Made by a program: the position numbers and the translations under genes. Shown here in pieces: positions 54,662-64,000 of a DNA stretch of 64,000 nt (within the stretch, counting starts at the first letter, position 1; the number at the start of each line of letters is the position of its first letter). The notes beneath the pieces are model-generated. The model was not told where the DNA came from. It did no database searches and saw only the letters and a program-made list of their open reading frames with translations. The DNA is from Owenia fusiformis (lineage: Eukaryota), in NCBI GenBank assembly GCA_903813345.2, contig CAIIXF020000001.1, positions 16,058,001 through 16,122,000 of the forward strand, written 5' to 3'.

Positions 54662-55219
54662 ATGGCATCTAAAAACAACATGGATAAAGTTGTCGGCCAG
54701 ACAAATAAATTGATGGCAGCGGATAAACAGGGCAATCAGAAAAGTCGAAGAAAAAGCCAACTGCCTCCTGGGACAACCTCAGGTGTCCCTGCGAGTAAAA
54801 ATGTAGCTCCGAGTACAAGATCCTCCGTCTCGGAGGTGCCGACCCACAGACAGATGGTAACACTGGAGAATTCGTATAAAATGAAGCCAGCTCCTGAAGA
54901 AACATTTTCATCTTGCAAAGTGGAAAAAATGATGGCTGATGTGTTGGAAACACATTTAAAGAAGACGGAATACAACAAGGACACATGCACTAAACTAACG
55001 CAAGAACTAACTTCCATCATCAAAACAAGAGTGAAAGAGATGGGTTATAATCGTTATAAACTTGTATGTAGTATCACCATTGGAGAAGTTGGAGGCCAAA
55101 GTGCATCCATGGCTAGTAGGTGTGTCTGGGATGATACAGTAGACAATTCGGCTTGTTCAAGCTTCAAAAATGACTCATTATATGCCGTTGCTTTAGTATT
55201 TGCAATGTTTTGTGAATAA
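54662..55219 (+). CDS. TCTEX1D1: Tctex1 domain-containing dynein light chain (TCTEX1D1/DYNLT5-like), intronless CDS
   Basis: 185-aa ORF with LENSYKMKP, RYKLVCSITIGE, SRCVWDDTVDN and SFKNDSLYAVALVFA, typical of the Tctex-1 family. AATAAA at 55291 and 55446. The paralogue assignment is tentative. Confidence 0.9.
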   Translation: MASKNNMDKVVGQTNKLMAADKQGNQKSRRKSQLPPGTTSGVPASKNVAPSTRSSVSEVPTHRQMVTLENSYKMKPAPEETFSSCKVEKMMADVLETHLKKTEYNKDTCTKLTQELTSIIKTRVKEMGYNRYKLVCSITIGEVGGQSASMASRCVWDDTVDNSACSSFKNDSLYAVALVFAMFCE

Positions 55220-55720
55220 CATATTCCAAGATGGAAGGAGTACAGAATGTTCAATTATAGAGATGATACCTTACAGATACACTGTGGTAAAATAAAATGA
55301 GTATTCTAAAGGAATATTCTACCTGCTCTGAAGTGAACTGATCTTGCCAATTTTGAAACAAACAGTTGTCATTGACCTTGAAAGTTCTACTGACTTAATG
55401 TTGAAATGTATGCAAAGCAAAGTCAAAATTCTACAAACTGAATATAATAAATGTTTTTTTCTAAATCATAATATTTTTTGATTTTTTCAAAGAAGTGATG
55501 ACAGGGAAGGTGTCTTATATTCTAAAATTTTGTATGCACTCCCACTCAGACTTTCAGGAAAATATCCAAGTTTGACCGATAATACTTATACTGTAAGTCC
55601 ATAGTCTATTACAAATAGTTGAAAACTCAGCATATTTTGCCAGTCCAAGAGAACCAATTACAAAAGTACAAATATTAAGTGTTGGTGATCAATTTGTCTG
55701 TATTTCTCTTTACTTATAAT

Positions 55721-57363
55721 CACGGGGGATAAGCAAAACGAGGGCGAAGCCACGGACTGCGACTCGCGTAACTTTACACCGCAGCCCAGCCTTCTGGCCT
55801 TCTGCCTTCAGGCAGTGCCTTCTGCTTCTTCCGACAAAATAGAGAAATCCAGGTATTTTAAATGCTATCGTAGTGTCTAATCGGTGACCAAAATATTACT
55901 CTGTATCTACTGTTGGTCTGTAGATAAGAAAATAAGCAGTTGTCCAGATCAAGCTAAAACAGTAGCAAAGTTCTGATTTTACCTGTAAAATATGTGCATA
56001 TTATTTAATTTACTATACATTTGAAAGGAGTTTTGACACGTTTCTGATATCTAAAGGTTACTTGAGGCTCCGAGTATAATTCGTGAAAATGATTTGATAA
56101 TAGAATGTGTTCATGAGGAGAAAATTAGATTCAAACTGCGCATTCATAGTGGACGCAGTCCAGTAAACAAAGCTATTTCAACAACGCAACACAGCCTCCA
56201 TTGATATTCTAAGTAACGCAGTCCAGCCGCGAACACGTATATTCCTACGCTATTATTGTTTCAGGAAAAGAAAGTCAGCATCCAGATTATCATTCAAAGT
56301 TACGTTGATTAACATATATCTATTACCTGAATCAATGTCCCAAATTGCTATATTGTATCGTTTAAGACCTAGAAATATGGCAATTCAATAGCGTATTTGG
56401 CAGAACAGTCGAGCGCAAGATGACAACGTAATATGTTTATTACAAACCAATTTGTGGATAGGGTTAAATATATAGATAATTGGATAGTGGTGAGACTTTT
56501 TATAAGAAGTAGAAATGCGAAACAATTAACTTTTTGATGATGCAATAAAAGCTGTTGGGGAAGGGTACATTGACTAGTATTTAAGATATCAGGAAAATAT
56601 CAAATAATTGGAGAGTTGGTGAGTTAATGTAATTTTGGATGATCTTTCCAACAGTCCATCAATATTGCTAGCTACCATAAATTCATGATTTCAGCTGTAT
56701 TTGACAGCTTGTATATATTTGCAGAATGGATTGAGACACGATGTAGGTCTATTAAAATAGCCCTTTATATTCAATTTTGTCCAAAGTTGCTCCATTTCGG
56801 CCACACCTGTACACACATTGTGCTATCTACCTTTGGCTGTGATTGCGTTCAGCTTCAGATATAAAGCAACACTGAGTCGCGGACTGCGTTGGGCAGATGG
56901 ATGGACTGCGACTATTGTAAATTCCAGTTTTCTATGTCATTGTACGTTTTCCGCTTACCAAATTTCACACGAAGATGTAATTGTAACAACAGAACATGAA
57001 TAGTTATATTAATTCGATGTCATTTCTGATTCCTTTGTTTAAATCGGTATATTAGGGACAAATATTGACAAAATTACATTTTTTGTGGCAGATTTCGAAT
57101 TCATTTGTGTTCATGCTAAACTATTGGACAGCCGAGCACCAAGAATGCCATTGCAGGTGGAGTATGAATATGTTGATCACCGACTGGAACATACTAGCTA
57201 TTCTGTAGAATATCCAAACCAATAATCTACCCCAAATCCTAACATGCCTTCTAAATTAAGTTTGGACTTACCGCCATTGTTCAGCTATAATGCGTTGTAA
57301 CCTCGTTTTGAATTACGCGAGTCGCAGTCCGTGGCTTCGCCCTCGTTTTGCTTATCCCCCGTG
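55721..57363. mobile_element. Non-autonomous DNA transposon with 51-bp perfect TIRs and CAC...GTG termini
   Basis: CACGGGGGATAAGCAAAACGAGGGCGAAGCCACGGACTGCGACTCGCGTAA at the left end and its exact reverse complement at the right end. ATAAT on both flanks. Confidence 0.92.
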
Positions 57364-60300
57364 ATAATGTCCTAATCATAAAAAACTACATTGGAAAACT
57401 TAATGACGATCACAATGTCATCACTGTATCTTTTTATTGCCATTACATTAATAAATAATGACGGCAGTTTGACATATATGTAACTTTTATTGACATCTTG
57501 AATCATTACATGATTATAATCATCACATAAAATGCATTGTTTTTTGGACCTTTCTGTTCTTATTTGAAATGGCATGAAAAAAATTTACATGAATCTACAA
57601 GTATGATCCAATAAATAATACAGTGACGTCAAGAAGAGCATATATTGAAGTTAGACTAAATCTGATATATCACAGTACAAAAACATTATTATTGATATTT
57701 TATCAATTGTAACTTTAATAGCTCCATTAGAAAAGCAAACAAGGCACTAGCATACAAAATGTCAATGCCAACAACCAACCACTGTTCACAAAAATGTTGT
57801 AGACCATAACAATATGTCACCACTTGAGTATTTGATGTTTAATACAAAAAAATACTTTGACGATTGGGCAGAGCGACACTTTAAAGCAATTTATCTTTTA
57901 TATTCACTTCTGAATGGCATTATTTGTTACACAAAAAAATACAACCAAACAAAAAATGCTTACCTCTGTTTAGCTCTATAATTCTTTAAGATAAATGCCT
58001 TGAAAGCATAATATTTCTTCATCACGTCAAATTCATAACATCCCCAGTCCGCAATGTCCAACCCTAAAGTATTTAATATAAAATAAATAATTTAGGAGCT
58101 TACTAAATAACAAAATCCCTTCTCACATGCGATAAGTCAATTCAGGTTAAGTACTATACATAATTCCCGCACTTGCTTTTTAAAGATTCATCAATCTAAT
58201 ATATCAAATGTGTTTACAAATTAATGGACAAAACACATTTTTCATATTTTACACATAGTAAGTTCTTCAAAGGAAAGTCCACTGGATTTCCCTATAAAAA
58301 ATTGTTGATTTCATTTGACACTAACCTCTATGGTATAAGTGATTGTCAACACTCATGAGTTGAATATTTGTATGGTCCAGTACGAATGCCATCAATCATG
58401 TAAAATGCCATCTTATGGGATGCCCGTTAGCCTCTTCTTTGTTTTATGCAATCAGTGTTGCCGTGGCCATGTATCATATTTTCATCACCTTAGATTTTCA
58501 AATTCACAACAAGCAACTCATCTGCTATAAACATAAAAAATAATTATTCCAACAAAAACCATCGGTTGATTTCTAAATTCAAATTTTAAATTTAATCAGT
58601 ATATTTTCCAGTATGTAATACAATACAATGTATTTGCACTACAAAAGACCATCATTATTCCAAATATATTAAAATTCTTCACTGACCATTAGCTACATTC
58701 CTATCTCTACTATTATGAATCAATGATATAATTAAGATGATCATTAATTATTTCAATTGTAATAACATGTTGAAAACTACTTGGTTCTATTCAATGTATA
58801 TTTATATGGTGTGTAATTTTCAAGGCCCCTGGGTAATAGACTTTCTATGGAGAATAATGATATAAATTATATACTTGAACCTGCTTAGTAGAATTCCAAT
58901 CGTTATGAATATAACCATTGTAGACCATCAGACCATGGGCCCAATCAATTATTTAAAAGGAAAACACATAACTGGACAAAGTTCTCATTATTGTATAAGG
59001 AGGTGAAATATGAATTAAATTATAACCAAAATAAATGAAAAATTAAATTAAATGAATGCTTAAACTTTTTCTTAAAAATTAAGTGATTTTTGGATTTCTC
59101 ACATGATTAAGGCATGTGATGTTTCTTTGAATCGGGAGCTAATTTTACATAAATAGATGCCCTTATCATTTGAATGACCGCTGTCTGTACCTCAAAATAA
59201 AATTTCATTTTGAAAACATTTTTCATTTTCAGAAGGTAAATCAATGGCACAAAGCCTCTTCTTTTTGAAATATTTATAAGTTATACAGTGAATTCCCTAC
59301 CTCTAAAGATAATTCTAAAATAATAACTCGAAAAAAACTTTTAGCTGGCGGAACATGAAAGAAAATCTAGGTATAAAATATGATTTATGTTATGTTTTAA
59401 CATGACCCAAAGATGGCACGTCCAGTTAAATTATTGTATGCATATCTCTCTGATCTAAACAGGAACATAAATATAGAGCTATATTTACAACTTTTAATCA
59501 AAACATATTTGAAAATCTTTTTACGGTATTTCATTTTTGGTGTCAAGATTTTTAATAATTAATTTAAACGTTCAATAAATTTCATGAGAAGGTTGATTTA
59601 TTTCCATTTCAGTAGACTCACATACACTCATAAAATAATAACCTATACTTATCGAAATGCGGATGTTTAAATGTTTAAAAGAACCAAAATGAAATAAATA
59701 ATTCTTGCCACCTTCAGTTATTGTTAAACAGCTGATAAAAAACATTCGAATTGCTATTTAGGAGAAACTCTGTTTTGTTTCTTCAGCCATCATGGCTTAT
59801 AACATGACTTGGAACATTCCTTATAACCCCATTGCTGTTTTACTATGGTTTATTTAGCCAAGTATCTTCTATCCATACTTAGTAAAAATATGATACAGAT
59901 TTGGTATGGTTGAGCCATCCTAATGCCCAATGGCTGCATGTAGTTAAATGGTTTTTGACGAGTATAGCCTCAGGACTGGAGAATACCTAAGTTTCCCAGC
60001 AAGTGTTGAAAATGGGACACAAGATATCAAAAGGAATAGTAGAGATCAAAGCAATATGTCACTACGGTGACCACATAACAAAAAAAACAATTTAACTTTA
60101 TTTATTCAATTTATTTTTAACATGTAACAAGTCTTGGTGTTTTTAATAATACATATATGTGAGCACACTGCATAAATATACATCTTTTTATTAAAAAACT
60201 AATTTGTCGTATGATACAGGCCTCGTTATACAATAAAATTACTTCTGCACATTTTCCTTTATTATGAATGACTGGTAACAGTCCATCATGATAAGTATGC

Positions 60301-60440
60301 CCCCTCTGTCTCAATCTTTCACAAATGACAGATAAGAGGGCGAGTGGTAAACCAGAATGGGTACAGGTATCATAAATTCAATCTGAGCGATAATGTTTCA
60401 AAAACGTTGGCACATAGAATTTCTTTAATTTAAAAATGCG

Positions 60441-63017
60441 TCAAGTGGTAGTTCCAACCTTAGCTTTGTTATTTGCACATTCATCCTCGAGGAAAATAAT
60501 AATATCCTTATTGGGATTAGGGACATCAGCATTTGTTTGATTTAGCACAACATTGTCAGTGTCATCAACTGGAATTATATTGTCTATTGCGTCAATGTCC
60601 CGTTCAGACTTCCATGCAAGATATGTGTTCCAGAATAAAGCGGTAAAGTTAACAACCATCACTCTGCAATGTACAATTGTAATGTTTAAAAGACATCAGC
60701 TGCTTTGTACTTTTGTAATGTTATCCTTTTTCACATAAACAGAAGTATAGACAATATACTTGAGTAATATGTAGAATATGAATAAGGGAACTTTTGAAAA
60801 CTATGTTAAGATGGCTCATGACATGAATGAAATATCCCACTAAGTAGGCAGTATATTTGAAGTTAATCTATTAAACTTGCTTAGCACCTTCCTGGAATTA
60901 CACTGAAAAGACATATACGAGAAAGCAAGATTGCAACCAAAAGGTATTGAACTTAAAACCTCCCAACGTGTGTATGGATTTGAAGAAAATCAAATTGAGT
61001 GGTTATCCTGGAATTATAATATTTATCACAAAACTTCATAAATTGCTGCCTGAAAACAAGATGGCCACCAAATGTGTATCACCTGTAAAGATGGGCTACC
61101 TGTAACATATACTGAAGAAATCTAATGAGCAATTTTCTTTGAATGGCACTTTTCTGAAAAGACTATCAGAAAAGAAGTTGCTGCCCAAAAGTTAATCGAT
61201 CATGATGTCCTCTAAGATGTGTAAAAATTTGCTGAAAATCTAGCGACTGATTTTCAAGGAATTGTGATCTCATAAAAAACAGAATGCCACCATAGGAAAA
61301 CACTCAGGACCATTATTTCTAAGTCTAGTATGGTTTATCTGCAATAACATATGAGGTACAATTAATCATTATCGGTTTATTATGTATCGGTTTATTATGT
61401 ATCGATCTGGAATGCTCGCTGTAAATTGTTCTATGACTGCTAGTGATCTATGTTGATATAATAGACAAGATGCAAGTAGACATAATCTTAATTTACATTG
61501 TTAAATATATATAATTCAGTCAAAGTATTTGAAATCTACATGTAAAACTACTCAGCTATATTTTCAAGTGTTATACCATATAGTCATATGAAAATTGATC
61601 CACTAGAAGTGATGAATATTCAAGTTTAAGGGAACTTTCTAATATACCTGCCATGTTGCCAGACCCAAATAAGCCACCTGATGGTGAAACTGGTAACTAC
61701 CTACTTGCATATGGGTTATTGTGCTTGTCAGGCAGATTAATTGTTTCAGATGTAAAGGATAGTAAAGCTTGATGAATGGGTAATATTAGGGGTTCCATGA
61801 TCCAATATTATCTGAATATCTTTTAATATTACATGTGTTTGATATTTTAACGGTCCATTTCCATTCATGGTGGATACATGATCTTTCAAAACAGCAACAA
61901 ATAAAATAAATCTGCTCACCTGTGTTGGAGTGGTACAAAGTAGAAGTTGACTAGCTGCACAGCGGGCCACAGTTTGTAGTTTGCTATTAATATATCGACA
62001 AAATTCTAAAATAAAACCAATTAATCAGTGAGAAACAGATAACAGCAACGCTGAGTCTAGCAAATCCCATCGAACAGCCAGGACTGCCCTTTTTGGGAAA
62101 TGACTGCCTGTAAGGGAAATTGTCATTAGACATTGTAATATGCTTTTAAGTACTTACATATGAAATTTGAACAAAATGGCTCCACTACTTTTCCATTGCT
62201 GCAATTTTCTGAAATGCCTGTATATTAGGCAAATTGTCATTGACAGTGTAATATTTTTCTAAGTATTCACATATAATTTCAACAAAATCGCTCAACTTTT
62301 TTTTCATTTATAGCAAAAAAACGTAAAATAACACACATAAAAATGGCCAGTGTAATAAAACAGGGTAGCATGCTTTAGGAGTATTCAGGTATCAAATATA
62401 AACAAAATCGCTCGAGTAATGGCTGCCATTTCTCAAGATGGCCACAATGCATTTTCAAAAATAATTAGAATTTCAACAAATCGATATCCTATATATTTCT
62501 AAAAATATAACCATGGAATTCAAGTACTTAACCTGTTTATATTTCTGTTTTATATCCTCAGTTGAGTCTCCTTTTGCCAGGCCCATAATACCCAGGAATG
62601 CAGTCAGAAAACAGGGGGCAAAAAATAGCTGAAACAAAAGATCACACAATAGCAATTTTAATTTATATAACTGATGCCAATCCATTCACCTGATTATATA
62701 TGATTATTTTTGAAAAAAACAGATAAAAAATAAAATGGAACTTACAAAATCGGTTTCAAATGATATAAAAAATTGTATGGTATGGTACTAGACATGGTAA
62801 CAGCGGAAGCATTGAAGCAAGGACCATATTGTATGTTTCTGTTGACTAATGTATTGAAACATCTCTATTATTCAGGACCTACAATTACAAGATGACAAGA
62901 AAACTTGATACATATGTGTACCTGGTCAAATGAGACTTTCCCTAGTGCTGCTAGATTTGCATTCTTTGGCTTGACTACCTTATCCAGCACTCCATACCAG
63001 CCTCTTAATACAGGGCC
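60441..63017 (-). CDS. MPV17: MPV17 mitochondrial inner-membrane protein, last four exons (5' exons lie beyond the window)
   Basis: Exons 63017-62922 (GPVLRGWYGVLDK...FDQ), 62628-62533 (LFFAPCFL...), 62005-61920 (ANYKLWPAVQLVNFYFVPLQHR) and 60663-60441 (VMVVNFTALFWNTYLAWK...). All have GT-AG boundaries and consistent phases. Confidence 0.95.
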
Positions 63018-63327
63018 CTGGAAAGTTAAAGTATGTGTAAAAAGAATTCACAGAGATCCTGTAGTGGGCTCATATGGTAAATAATTGGTGTAAATTTACC
63101 CTCATAAAATGGATATAAGCATTCGGTCAGATGTATGACTTTTCATTTGTCCAAAACTGGATGGATGTGTGAATGTATGGATGGATGGATGGACAGACGG
63201 ACGGTCAAGTTGGTGATTCAAAAGGATCAGAGCAAAGTCAAACTCTGGGTTTATATCTGAATTCTAAATAGGGTTATAAGTGAAACTAGCTAGTAATAAA
63301 TGGTGGCCAGTATCAATCTATAATCAG

Positions 63328-64000
63328 AACAACGGCAACGCCAAAGCGTAGCGAATCCCATAGAACAGAAATGACTGGCATTTTTACAAACAAAATATAT
63401 AGCAAATATCATAAAATAACACACATAAGAAAGGCCACCATTTTCAAAATGGTTGCTCACTAGCCAAGTTGTCATCAGAAGAAGTAATATGCTTTTTTTT
63501 ATAGTATTCACATACCAAATATGAACAAAATCGCTCCACTACTTTTCGAGTAATGGTTTAAAATACTTCAAAATGGTGGCCATTTTTCAAAATGGCCGCC
63601 TTCTACCAAAAATGTCATTAAACAGTGTGCCATGCTTATAGTATTCACATACCAAATATGAACAAAATCACTCCACTACTTTTCAAGTTACAGCAAAAAT
63701 CGTTAAATAGCGAATAAAGGCCGAGTAAATTACGTTTAAATGGCGGCCATTTTTCAAAATGGCCGCCTTCTACCAAAAGTGTCATTAGACAGGGTACCAT
63801 GCTTATAGTATTCACATACCAAATATGAACAAAATCGCTCCACTACTTTTCGAGTTATAGGAAAATAAGTTAAAATGGCGACCATTTTTCAAAATGGCTG
63901 CTTCTACCAAAAGTGTCATTAGACAGTGTGCCATGCTTATAGTATTCACATACCAAATATGAACAAAATCGCTCCACTACTTTTTGAGTTATAGTAAAAT
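63328..64000 (-). mobile_element. HINE-like family B copy with an internal tandem array (~135-170-bp units), truncated by the window end, in an MPV17 intron
   Basis: TAGTATTCACATACCAAATATGAACAAAATC recurs at about 63502, 63639, 63807 and 63941, after the family-B terminus. Confidence 0.7.

Noticed and set aside
54669-55254. Minus-strand ORFs overlapping the Tctex1 CDS
   Set aside because: Antisense shadows of the recognisable plus-strand gene.

Overview
AT-rich animal genomic DNA, probably from a marine invertebrate (inferred from the repeat families; the species cannot be determined). It is mostly intronic or intergenic and rich in transposons. Main contents: (1) a complete, apparently very young Ty3/Gypsy LTR retrotransposon (3948-10703) with matching 740-bp LTRs and one intact gag-pol ORF, whose integrase ends in an acidic tail with a CHZ-like (histone H2A.Z-H2B chaperone) motif; (2) a second young, non-autonomous LTR element (49012-52270) with matching 670-bp LTRs and no pol, carrying a small ORF with a transmembrane helix; (3) an unidentified minus-strand gene seen as several phase-1 alternative first coding exons (about 14.3, 19.6 and 30.2 kb) and a phase-compatible exon at 3859-3917, next to which the Gypsy element inserted; (4) an intronless Tctex1-domain dynein light chain gene (54662-55219); (5) the last four exons of MPV17 (60441-63017, minus strand); (6) many MITEs and non-autonomous DNA transposons, about 19 Helentron/HINE-like copies that all share one orientation, decayed LINE and Tc1/mariner fragments, and several minisatellites. 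No CRISPR array, rRNA or tRNA gene is supported. All comparisons were made by eye.
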